A stretch of 64,000 nucleotides of DNA from Trypanosoma brucei (lineage: Eukaryota), in contig CP000066.1 in NCBI GenBank assembly GCA_000002445.1, positions 448,001 to 512,000 of the forward strand, read 5' to 3'. Within the stretch, counting starts at the first letter, position 1, and the number at the start of each line of letters is the position of its first letter. Positions 22,094-32,260 of the stretch are shown piece by piece. The notes below the pieces were generated by a model that did no database searches, was not told the origin of the DNA, and saw nothing but the letters and a program-made list of their open reading frames with translations. A program made the translations under genes and the position numbers.

Positions 22094-22815
22094 ACAATTC
22101 AATAATGCCTTCGTACTCTGCAGAAACCGTCTACGTCCTTACTCACCTCTGGTGTAGGCGTGAGTCAGAACGACAACGAGGAAAAAATAGAAAACGCAAA
22201 CGGATATTCCACGAGAAAGTTGAGAGAACACACAAATTCACTCACATATATACTACATATAGTAAGCAAAAAGATATGCGAAGTATCATCCTTTCAGATA
22301 CCCTCCTGTGAGAACATGTAGTCGCAACATGAATCAAATGTAAGATGTAGAACTGCAAATAAATACCCGAGAAACATGAAAATAAATTTAATTAATCCTC
22401 CTCCCGCAGTTCGCCTCGCTTTTATCCCTCTAAAAAAAGCTCACTTGAGTCCCTATATCGGCGATGTGAATCAGACGATATCGAACCTCTGACAAACTCA
22501 AAGGATGAACGAATGAATCAGGTGAAAAACCGATTTGTTGCGCCACATTAATTTTTGTTGTTGAAGGAACATGAAATTACAAACTATTTTCACACGTGTT
22601 GCCTCCGCTTTCAATGTTTCCCTGTTTATGTGCCGTGCTTCCCTGCTATTCGTCCCATTACTTCTCCATTCATCAAAGGACCCCCCCCTCCTCTACAACA
22701 TCATACCCACCCCTTCCGTCCCCCAGAAACATCTTAGAGCAAAGGAGCGCGTACAAGGCATAGTAAAACGCAATTTCACTGTATTCCCTTTGAAGTAGAA
22801 AAGCCCACTATAACG

Positions 22816-23796
22816 TCACTGGGTGTGCTGTGGCTCCTGCGACCGCTGCAAAGCCATTGAACGACGAACATGAAAAGTATGCTCACCGCGACCCTGCTGC
22901 CGCACCTCAAAGTATTGCGGATACCTCTCAAAGAATTGCATTGCCTTCAACCCGGGTTTTCCCATGCATCGGACGCGCACCTCCTCCGGAATGCCCAGTT
23001 CTGTAAAGGGAGACCATTCGTTAGGGATGTACTGAAGCACGGTGTTTAAACGTTGCTGCTTTTCTGAAAGTGGGTCATGTTGAAGAACGCGAGCATTGAT
23101 GTCATCCGGTTTCAAGGGACTCGACGCTGGCGCCTCAGGAGATGAGGGAGAAGACGACGACCTTACACCTGCAGCATAAGTAGAAGCGGAAATATGAGAA
23201 GTGTTTTCGAGCACCATCGGCCTCGCATTCGCCGGTACCAAATGCGGTGGTGAGCAAAAGATCGTACGGTTGCGCAACGCCCCCTGCTGATACAAAGCAA
23301 AGTTTCGTGGATACTGCAACAGAAGCTGCTCAAGTGGAACCTTGTTCTTCACCAGCGTTTTCTTGCTGTCAGCCGACAGTGCACGGAAGAGTGATCCGAT
23401 TGGTACGGGCCTGCTCAACAGTGCTTGAACCTCCTCCAGCAGGTTATTTACAGCCTCCTCCTGTTCCGTCGACTTTGCAGAAGCGGAGTTGGTAGGTTTG
23501 GTTCCAACTGAGGCGCCACCTTCAAAACTATGTTGCTCGCAGTGCTGATGTAAATCTGTATTAGTGCCCCCACCGACTGCAGAATGTAAGCGGCATCGTG
23601 TGGAAAATGTGGGGGTAACAAACGCCGCAGAAGTGATCATATCTCCTCCAATAATGCGGTGGGAGCCCATAATAAAACTGTAGTTACGCGTACTCCCAGT
23701 CCCGCAACTGCCATGTGATGCGAGACGAGTGTTTAAATGGCCTGGGAGAAAAGCCAGTTGTCTCCAATACAGTGAACCATGCGTGGTTGTTCGCAT
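22816..23796 (-). CDS. Hypothetical protein, 326 aa, Ser/Ala/Pro-rich
   Basis: Uninterrupted ORF with a verified ATG ('cat' at 23794-23796). It is on the same strand as its neighbours. I recognise no domain. Confidence 0.55.
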   Translation of the reverse strand: MRTTTHGSLYWRQLAFLPGHLNTRLASHGSCGTGSTRNYSFIMGSHRIIGGDMITSAAFVTPTFSTRCRLHSAVGGGTNTDLHQHCEQHSFEGGASVGTKPTNSASAKSTEQEEAVNNLLEEVQALLSRPVPIGSLFRALSADSKKTLVKNKVPLEQLLLQYPRNFALYQQGALRNRTIFCSPPHLVPANARPMVLENTSHISASTYAAGVRSSSSPSSPEAPASSPLKPDDINARVLQHDPLSEKQQRLNTVLQYIPNEWSPFTELGIPEEVRVRCMGKPGLKAMQFFERYPQYFEVRQQGRGEHTFHVRRSMALQRSQEPQHTQ

Positions 23797-24806
23797 ATGT
23801 AAGTCTTTCCCAACTTTTTAAGTTAAAAAGAAAGTACAAATAAATGCACGAAAACAAAGTTCACCGGACCTTGAGAGCAGTAATATGGCACAAACCCTAA
23901 AATTAGCACACAAGAGGGAGGAGAAATGATAGTCCTGTGGGAGCAGCGTCCAATACCGTTATGAATTAAGGCAACATACTGCAGAGCACGTTCAAAAAAA
24001 AAAGATGAAAGAGTGTGAGGAAAAAGAAATGACAACGAAAAAAATAACAATAAATATACCACACACGCATTTGTTTCGTCTATCACCGTCGTTGCTTCTT
24101 TCCTTACTCTCCCACCGTCCCCCTGTACCCACCCTCAGACCCCTTATCATTCTACTTGCACCGCATAGGGAAAAGAGATCACAGTTGAATTGCTCCACAA
24201 ATTCTGCGCTCTCTTCTGAATGATATTATCAAATTTCACAGTGACTCTTTTTCTTACCCTTATTTATTCATTGCTTTTGAAAAGCGATGTTTTACTGAGC
24301 ACTGTCTCTCTTTTCTTTTTTTTTTTCCGGTGCATCAACATGCAGTAGCGAGAACCGTAGCGGGAACATGCACAAAGCGCATGATGTGAGCATTTGCTTC
24401 CCCAGCCACCACGGCTTCACATTTCATCACATATAGCGTGCAAAAAAAATGTTGATGGAAGCAGTTGAGGAAACGGGTGTGTTTTAAAAAACAAGGACAC
24501 AGAAGAGGGATGCCTCCTTCAACTAAGGGAAAATCAGTCCTCAGATTTTCTGAACTACACATGACCTAAACAACAACGGCGAACAAAAAAATCTGTGAGC
24601 GCCACCGAGGCACGAACAAAGTACTTGCACAAAATAACACAAAAAGAATACAAGAAATTTTTGGGAGGAGGAGGAGGAAGAGGAAGAGGGGGAAAACGAA
24701 TGAAACTAAGCAAAGTGGAAAATGTTAGCTGCACATACCCCGACCCACCGTAAACGGATAACACCGTCGCTTGCTTTCCGCTTCTACATATCTTAATTTA
24801 AGCCTC

Positions 24807-25676
24807 CTAGCGGCGGTATTGCCCCCCAAATCCACGCTCCTCACCTCGCCCCATTCGACCGCTGTCCCTTCCCCCGTTACCTCTGCCACCTCTGAAGCCA
24901 CCACCACCACCACCGCCTCTATCATTCCTTCCCCTGTCCTCTCCTCCTCCTCCTCCTCCTCTACCTCTTCCTCCTCCCCCTCTTCCTCCTCCAGCGCCAT
25001 TCCGGCCCCTAAAACCGCCACCGCCACCATTCATGGGCCTCCCTCCCCTGCCGCGGCCTCCACGGCGTGTCAACCCAAGCATTTCTTGCATGGTTTCCCG
25101 CTGTCGTTCCCGTGCAGTGAGCTTCTGATACGCTAGTGGTGTAGCGGCAACGTATAGCACACCATCGGAAGGATTAGCCTTCACAACAAAAAGTTGTTTG
25201 CGTTGCTCCAAAAAGCTTTTGAGGCCGCTATGCTTCTCTGAAACGGCTTCTTGCACATCGGGTGAAAGCTGGGCGTTAAGGCTCTTTATCGTTATGGCTC
25301 CGTTCTGCGGAATGTGCTTGATAACGCTCATCAACACCTTGGTATCATCTCGCATAACTACTCGGGTACCCTCACTGAGCTCACCATCAAATGTTTGATT
25401 GATCAGTGCACGTCGCTGAGGCGCGTCTGTGGGAGGCTTCCCACTGCCACCACCGCCACCGCCGCCAAACCCGCGACCTCCGCTCCTGCCGTCTCCACGT
25501 CTGAAATTACCCCCTTCACGGCCGAAGGATCCTTGGGTTCGCATGGAAAGAAAGATTGGAAACGTAGCACCGACACACGGGGGACAAAAGTGTCTGTTGC
25601 TGACGAAACTCGGCCTAAAAGCAGCCAACCGCCGAATCAGCACGGGCAAATCAACGATACCAAATGCGGCAGACAT
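24807..25676 (-). CDS. Arg/Gly-rich (RGG-box) RNA-binding protein with a mitochondrial-presequence-like N-terminus; candidate MRB1/RESC-complex RGG protein
   Basis: 289 aa with a verified ATG. The N-terminus is MSAAFGIVDLPVLIRRLAAFRPSF. A folded middle region sits between two long RGG/GGRG tracts: RSGGRGFGGGGGGGSG, and a C-terminal run RGGRGRGGRPMNGGGGGFRGRNGAGGGRGGGGRGRGGGGGG... Its position between PDHB and RMI1 fits my memory of MRB1820, which is recollection only. Confidence 0.75.
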   Translation of the reverse strand: MSAAFGIVDLPVLIRRLAAFRPSFVSNRHFCPPCVGATFPIFLSMRTQGSFGREGGNFRRGDGRSGGRGFGGGGGGGSGKPPTDAPQRRALINQTFDGELSEGTRVVMRDDTKVLMSVIKHIPQNGAITIKSLNAQLSPDVQEAVSEKHSGLKSFLEQRKQLFVVKANPSDGVLYVAATPLAYQKLTARERQRETMQEMLGLTRRGGRGRGGRPMNGGGGGFRGRNGAGGGRGGGGRGRGGGGGGEDRGRNDRGGGGGGGFRGGRGNGGRDSGRMGRGEERGFGGQYRR

Positions 25677-26526
25677 CTCTCACGCGACCCGCTACTACCA
25701 AAAAAAAAAAACAGATGTTATGCAGATACCACTTTTGCTTTTGATGTTATTCGACCCCAATTCCCGACACCCTTCGTGGTTCAGAAAAGCAACTGAGCAG
25801 GTTGTTGTTGTTGTTCTAAACCCTTCCCGTTACCTTTCAACAAATAATGTGAAATCTTGGTCTCCTGTTGCGCCCTATGGACTTATTCTCTCCTGGACTG
25901 TAACCTTACTCTGAAGTGTGCTAGTGGGCAAATTTCTAATTAAGCACAGTGCCTGTGGACGGAGTTTTGTAGGTGGCCAACAGAAACCTTAATCCCTGTG
26001 CTGCTGCAGGAGTGTCAGTTCAGTACTCCTCTCCTGAAGTGACTATATATATATATATATATATATATCTTTTTTTTTGTGGAATAAAACTTGCGTCACT
26101 GACTCCGCTGTCCCTAATTAATCCACCTCCTCTTTTAGGTAATTGTTACTTCGCCCCTTCGTCCGTTCCTACTGCACACAGTTATTCGAAACAAACGAAT
26201 AGGATTTACGTGACTTTTATAACCTATACGAATTTAAACAACCACAAAAAAAAAGTCTGAAGAAGTCGTAGTGTTATGACGAACGATGCTGTTTCAAACT
26301 GAAAAAAAAAAAGACTTAACGGTATCGATAGCCATCGCACACGCATGTTGGCCTTCCACGCACCACTTATGCACATACAAACAAGTATGGTGATGAAGGT
26401 GAGCAAAGAGGGAGAAAGAATCAACTGGAATCAGCGGCGCACATGTAGCCAGTCAGCAAAAAATAAATAAATAATCCCGTGAGCAGCCCACAGCCGCTCC
26501 ACAAGCGCAGCGCTCCATTACCAAAG

Positions 26527-27954
26527 TTACTCCAATTGTCGCACATGAACGACTTCAAGTATACCGTCTGACAAACGTCGCCGGATATGAAACTCAGCAA
26601 TGCCGAAGTTCTCCAGCGTACGACCAACTTCATCCACCAATTGGTTGATTCGCGCAAGGTCATTGGGAAGTTGCGAGGAAGTTAACGACCGGAACGAAGC
26701 GACATTCATTCCAAGTGCACGTTGCAGCCACGCATTACCGAGATCCACGACAATTGCGCCATCTTCCCCAACATCAAGACTGGGCGTCAGTGGTTGCTGA
26801 ACGGAGAGGAGAACCTTAAGTGAGAAGGATGGAGGTTCTCCAGGACTGCAATTCTCACCGTCACGGATGGTTAAGTCCGACATAACATCGGTAATTTTGC
26901 CGATCGCAGTTGAAAATGGGGGAGTTGCAGTTGGTGGCTGCTCAGGTGTAGGAGTGGCAGGCACAAAGTACTCTTGCGTAACCCTCGGATGTGACAAAGG
27001 CTCAGGAGTTGGTGTCAAGCGCGCTGCCGGTCTTGTGGGGGGTGTTGGTTGTGCAGATGCTGCCGCGGGGGGCGATGGTTGCACCACAGGCCCTGAAACT
27101 CCTTCATTGGTCTGATGACGATACTCTAATAGTTGCTGTTGTTGCTGTTGCCTCTGCTGTTGTTTTTGATGTTGTTTTTGATGTTGTTTTTGATGTTGTT
27201 GTTGGGTTGGTCCCGGCGCCACCCCACTGTGATTCGTATCACCCGCAATTCGAGGCGCAGGGGCGGATGAGAAAGTGGCGGTATTCGTATTCGTGTTCAT
27301 ATTCGTTGCAGAAGAAGCCTGCGCGATCCGCCCCGGGCGACCGGATAATTCGTGGAGTTTCTTGACGGCATAATCTTCCCAGAAAGATTGAATCTCCTTC
27401 ACGAAACCACCCAGAAGTTCTGTCTTTTCTGACTCCAAAATAATTACCCCGTTCAACAAGCGCAGGGGTGCAAACAAACGCAGTTTGGATCCCAAAACCA
27501 CGCCAGTCCGTAGCGCATCGCAACCCCGGCGACAGTCTTCCACCGCAAAGACCCGTACGAAACCATCTGTAAGGACCAGACGAAGCAGCCTCTGCCGCCG
27601 GCCATGATGACGTGCGGAATTATCTTTGCTCTCCAATGAACGAAGTGTTTCTTCAAGGCTTCCTGGCTCCGTTATTTCGGTGCAAACTCCCTCTGTGTCA
27701 GCACCCGTTGGTGCAATCTCACGAAGTCGCTGAGCGAGTGGAAGTGACACGTCTGCAACTTCGTTCACCTGAAGAATTATCGATGGTACTATTTTCTGCC
27801 CGATAGCACCTTCTGGTACTGACAACTGAAAGTCATGTGGAAGCAGCCCACCACCATCATGCAACGGGGGAAGTTGTCTGACAACACCGGGTGGGTCAAG
27901 TGAAGCTAAATATTCAAAGTTAGAGTTGAGAAACTCAGCGCTCGGCTGCTCCAT
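26527..27954 (-). CDS. RMI1: RecQ-mediated genome instability protein 1 (RMI1/BLAP75)-like, OB-fold N-terminal domain, Q/H-rich linker
   Basis: The track start is TTG, and the first ATG gives MEQPSAEFLNS. The N-terminal region RLLRLVLTDGFVRVFAVEDCRRGCDALRTGVVLGSKLRLFAPLRLLNGVIILESEKTELLGGFVKEI matches the RMI1 DUF1767/OB1 pattern (LQLTDG...AVE...G.K..L.G...NG.LLL....VLGG). The central region contains a (HQKQ)n / poly-Q stretch and a Pro/Thr-rich linker. Confidence 0.7.
   Translation of the reverse strand: MEQPSAEFLNSNFEYLASLDPPGVVRQLPPLHDGGGLLPHDFQLSVPEGAIGQKIVPSIILQVNEVADVSLPLAQRLREIAPTGADTEGVCTEITEPGSLEETLRSLESKDNSARHHGRRQRLLRLVLTDGFVRVFAVEDCRRGCDALRTGVVLGSKLRLFAPLRLLNGVIILESEKTELLGGFVKEIQSFWEDYAVKKLHELSGRPGRIAQASSATNMNTNTNTATFSSAPAPRIAGDTNHSGVAPGPTQQQHQKQHQKQHQKQQQRQQQQQQLLEYRHQTNEGVSGPVVQPSPPAAASAQPTPPTRPAARLTPTPEPLSHPRVTQEYFVPATPTPEQPPTATPPFSTAIGKITDVMSDLTIRDGENCSPGEPPSFSLKVLLSVQQPLTPSLDVGEDGAIVVDLGNAWLQRALGMNVASFRSLTSSQLPNDLARINQLVDEVGRTLENFGIAEFHIRRRLSDGILEVVHVRQLE
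27130..27215. repeat. Coding 12-nt tandem repeat, (ttgtttttgatg)x3 flanked by (ctgttg)n, encoding (HQKQ)n / poly-Q in RMI1
   Basis: gttgtttttgatgttgtttttgatgttgtttttgatgttgttgttg on the plus strand. On the minus strand it translates to HQKQHQKQHQKQQQRQQQQQQ. Confidence 0.85.
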
Positions 27955-29831
27955 GCAAATAAAACTAAATGGGTTTACAACAACAACAACGTAAACCCGG
28001 GGTACTTGGTAGAAAAGTTCTGAAACAACTAAGAGAGAAAGGAGGTGCAATGGAATTGATGCGCACTCACTCGGAGGTTTTTCAGTACAAATATCATAAG
28101 AAGGGTAAAGTTGACAAGTATTATTTGTGCTTGGAGGGTAACCACAGTAACGAAAGTGATTTTTTTTAAAAAAAGAAAAAGGTTCACAGGGAGAGTGAGC
28201 AGTAGTGATAAGTCACGGGTGACTTTTCGCAAGCCGGTTCGGTTGCGCCAAGGCAATATTTTCGCTATGCTCTCCATTCTCCGCCCAATCCCGCCGATTT
28301 GTTTGTGCATCCACAACATTATTTAACAAACGCATGCACCATTTCGTGTGTTCGTGCTTCTTTCAAAATAATAATTAAAAAAAGTAGCGCCGAATCCTCG
28401 TCACATTGAACTGTTGCAGCAAAAAAAAAAAACTCCTAAAGGTGGAAAAAGGTGAAAAGAAAATGGAGGCACATGAAGGAAAATACTGTTGTGAGTACAA
28501 TTTCGTAAAGCAAAATGATTTTTTTTTTAAATAAAAAAGACGTCGAAAGCAGTAATACCCCCCCCCCTCCTTCCCTTCCTATGTTTTTCTTCGTTTCCTT
28601 TCAGATATTTCTTTTATCTGTAATTTAATTGTACTCTTCCTAAATGTCAGCCTCCCATGCATCACTTTTCTCTCTCGTTGCTACTAAAACAAAACAAAGC
28701 ATAAAACCTCCTTCCCCTTTCAATTCCCCTTCATCACCATGAATCCTAAAACAGCTTAGCAAAGGGCAAGAATTTTTTTAAAAAAGGAAAGCAAATGAGA
28801 AATGGGAGAAACCCACTACACATATGCTAAAATCCCCATTGCAGTACTAACCTCGTACCAAACACAATTAACTTATTTTCCTATCGATATTTATTATATA
28901 TTATTATTTTTTTTTGTAACTACAACAAAGGCGTCAATCTGAGACCTCATTTGTGTCGACAAACCGGGGAGGAAAACTTTACGTGATTGAAAAATACAGG
29001 AAAGAGGGTAATGCGAGAGATAAATGGTGACTAAACATTGTCAAATGAGACCGATCTTGGACCAAGAAAAAAAAAAGAAAAGGGGAAAGGAAAAGAAAGG
29101 AAAGGGGGAACTAAACTAAAACTTCCGGTTTTTCTTTACGCTTTTCAGTTAAATCCCACAACTCCCAAGACGCGCGCACAGTTCACCCATAAATTAATTC
29201 AACCTTTGCTTTTACCCTTCCTTTTCCCTCATTCACTCTTACAACTCACCATCGAAACAACAAAATAAGAGAAATAATAACAAATGAAAAAAAAAAAGAA
29301 CTTTCCCATCCTTCTCCTCCTATACCTTAATGATTACATTTATTTCTTCGGTAGCACAATTTTCTCTTCTTTCTTTTTTTTTCAATTTGTTTAGTTGATG
29401 ATAAATGTTCGCTGATTCATGATATTCCCTCTCCCTTTTTTTCCTCTTAATATTTGCCTTCTTCTATTCATTTCCTTTACAAGTTACCATTCCTCGCAAA
29501 TGTAGCTAATAAAACAAAAGAGATAATTGATAAACTAAAACACAAAGAACAAACAATGAAAAATTTTAAAATTTTTTTAAAAAAATGTAAAGAAGGAAAT
29601 GAGGATGGACGTTTCGAGAGAAAAGATGTAATGATACAACAAATCATAACAAAACGAAACAAAAAAAAAGGAACCGGATGTGTCACAAACGGGTGCCTCA
29701 CTTCAACCAACCCAGCGCCTCATGGACGATGTAACTGGTATCTGCACCAACTTCCCTTTTTTTTTGTTTTCCTCTTTTTATCCATCTCACTCCCTCACAT
29801 CACACCACTCATTTTCTTCTCGTTGTTGTTT

Positions 29832-29852
29832 TCGTGTACGTGTGTGTGTGTG
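29832..29852. repeat. (GT)n microsatellite
   Basis: gtgtgtgtgtgtgtgtgtgtg, read directly. Confidence 0.85.
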
Positions 29853-30147
29853 TGTGTGTGTTTTTGCTTTTCACCCTGCATAGAATTATAATATTTATTT
29901 GTAAATAACCCCTCGTGTTGTGATTTCTTTTTTTGTCTTGTTCACGGTACTGAGGTGTTCACTCCCCATTTTAAACCTCTACTAATCCAAATTTCGGCCC
30001 CCAACGAAAATTCAACTTTTCTTCAAGGTAACGGTAACGGGTATCATCTCCCCCGTCCCCTCCATCATTCATTCATTCCTTTCTTACTTCCTGCAATAAA
30101 AATGCATTTTCTTTTCTTCTTTTTGCGGAGTAGCGTCCACACAAACA

Positions 30148-30181
<34 letters not shown>

Positions 30182-31078
30182 CTACAGAAGGAATGGTAAC
30201 ATGGCCTTCTTGTTGCGCACCGATGGATCTGTTTTAATATAGTTCTTGTGTTTCTTCACAGCCCACTCCGCCATTTGTACGAGTCCTGCAAATGTAAAAC
30301 CCCAGGAGGTTAGCATACTCGTACCAAGAGAAAAGGCCACCCAAGAAAGGATCTCAAATAAGTAATTGGGACAAGACACCAGTGAAAAGAGAATTCCTTT
30401 GGGTACCGGCCGCGTCGCGTCACCATCTCCCTTTCGCATCCCACTCAACTGCACATGCACGGCAAAGTTAAGGAGCTCGAATATTACCATCGCCACCGCT
30501 GAGGCATTCACAAGTGTGGGGGACGCGGGTTCCGTGTAGTACGGGCTGCATAGAGCATAGCCAATGCCAAGTGCAAAGGTCCAGTAATACACGCAATTTT
30601 TGATGATGTTGCGCCGCGGCATAGTGGGGTGAGAGAACTTGTGCACAAAGAACGTCTCCAGCTCCCGCTTAATGAAGTGGGCACAGAAGAGAGCAATGTA
30701 AAGCTTCTGCGTGTAGCAGTACTCCTTAACAATGCTGCTGCCGTAAATGAAGGAGGGGCGTGCCGCATACGCCAACATGATTGCCAAAGGACCGGCGTAT
30801 TCCACAACGAATACGGTACGGTATCCCACCTGTGGGCCGAGATCCTTGTAAACAACTTCAGATCCATCCTTTACACCCTGTTCCGTGAGAGCCCGCTTTG
30901 CGTCGAGGGTTATGTACGCCGATTTATCATTCTTGTCGCCACCACTACGAAGGATTTTGAAAGACTTGCGATGAATATCCACTCTTGGTTTGTACACCTT
31001 TTTGAGGTCAGTGAGACCGGCATTTGAGGGTAGTTCAACCACCTCTGAGGATGAGCCTGATATCACGGTAACCTTCAT
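30182..31078 (-). CDS. TECR: Trans-2-enoyl-CoA reductase / 3-oxo-5-alpha-steroid 4-dehydrogenase family (TECR/Tsc13-like), with an N-terminal ubiquitin-like domain
   Basis: The track ORF starts at TTG (31246). The first ATG is at 31076-31078 (MKVTVISGSSSEVVELP, a ubiquitin-like beta-grasp). The C-terminal polytopic steroid 5-alpha-reductase domain reads FVHKFSHPTMP...NCVYYWTFALGIGYAL...SCPNYLFEILSWVAFSL. Confidence 0.85.
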   Translation of the reverse strand: MKVTVISGSSSEVVELPSNAGLTDLKKVYKPRVDIHRKSFKILRSGGDKNDKSAYITLDAKRALTEQGVKDGSEVVYKDLGPQVGYRTVFVVEYAGPLAIMLAYAARPSFIYGSSIVKEYCYTQKLYIALFCAHFIKRELETFFVHKFSHPTMPRRNIIKNCVYYWTFALGIGYALCSPYYTEPASPTLVNASAVAMVIFELLNFAVHVQLSGMRKGDGDATRPVPKGILFSLVSCPNYLFEILSWVAFSLGTSMLTSWGFTFAGLVQMAEWAVKKHKNYIKTDPSVRNKKAMLPFLL

Positions 31079-31138
31079 GATTTGGACTTTTGGCAGTTTC
31101 TTTTTTTTGTTGTTGCTTTTGTTGGCGTGAGATAAATT

Positions 31139-31228
31139 CTGTACAAGATGAACGTAGATGAGTAAACACAAATATATATATGCATATATGCATAGACATA
31201 GCCGTACACGTAAAAAAAAAAACGATAA
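31139..31228 (-). promoter_or_regulatory. Example polypyrimidine tract plus first downstream AG (candidate spliced-leader acceptor) upstream of the TECR gene
   Basis: On the minus strand the sequence reads ...tttatcgtttttttttttac... and shows no AG until ...tcttgtacAG (plus-strand 'ct' at 31139-31140). This lies about 60 nt upstream of the ATG at 31078. Comparable T/C tracts precede every gene in the window. Confidence 0.35.
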
Positions 31229-32260
31229 ATTAGAATTCAGTAGCAAACGTTAGGGAGATGCGAATTTAATTAAAATATAATGAAAAGCAGGCTAAACAAC
31301 AACACGAATGAAAAGGTGTTACGAGAAGAGAAGCAACTGAAATGCGCGACTCTTCCATTCACCTTCTCATTCAGGAAGTTAAATAATGTTTTTTTTTCCT
31401 CTTTCTTTCTTTTTTTTGAAGAAGGAAAGAAACGTGCAATATAAATAATCGACCCAACAAATTAAGCAGGTTTTCTAAACTTCTGAAAGGGGTAACGTAA
31501 CGCAACATGAAAAGGTCAGCTTGATGAAATGGGATTGGGGCAAGCTACAAAATATACAAAAAAAAAAAGAAGGGGGAGGAAAAAAAAAACGCCTCAGTAA
31601 ATCAATAAAATTGAAAGAAGTACTGAGGGGCCACCCATTTGGGAGGAAATTCGTATCGACTACCATTGAAGAAAAGATAAGGGAGAAGTATTAAGACAGA
31701 TGAGATAGGGCGAAGTTAATTAATGAGGGGGGAAGAATATTTTAAGTATAAAACAAATTGAAGATATATACATATGTATTTCTGTATACAAAAAAATGTA
31801 GTAACAATCAACAAAAAAACAAAAAGAAAGAAACAAATGAGAAATAAATGAGAAATAAAGTACCAAAGAAACCAAGCGTTCCAGCTGGAACGCCCACCAG
31901 TAACACTGCGCCATAATTAAAATCACTACAAACAACCGTATTCCCATACATGTGAATATATACATCCCTTAGTAAACAATGCGGAGGCGAATCGAAGCTG
32001 CAAAAGGAGCAATCCCAAGCTCACGATGTCCCATGACACCTTTAATCCGCGCTCCTTTACACCTTATTATTATTATTGTTATTTTACGCTTCCCCTTCCT
32101 TTCCCACGTCCCTCCAACGCACACACACACAACCATCCAATCTTAATATCGTTTACATAACAAAAAAGTGTACTCAAAGAAAGGAAAGGAAAACCAGGCA
32201 CCACTTTTTCCCTCTCCCACTTCCCAATTAGTCACTAAGATGTTCACCAAACACACATCA

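Noticed and set aside
22103-22815. Possible C/D snoRNA in the 700-bp spacer
   Set aside because: TGATGA- and CTGA-like boxes are too common in AT-rich spacer, and I cannot see the terminal stem or rRNA complementarity. Not callable without a dedicated search.
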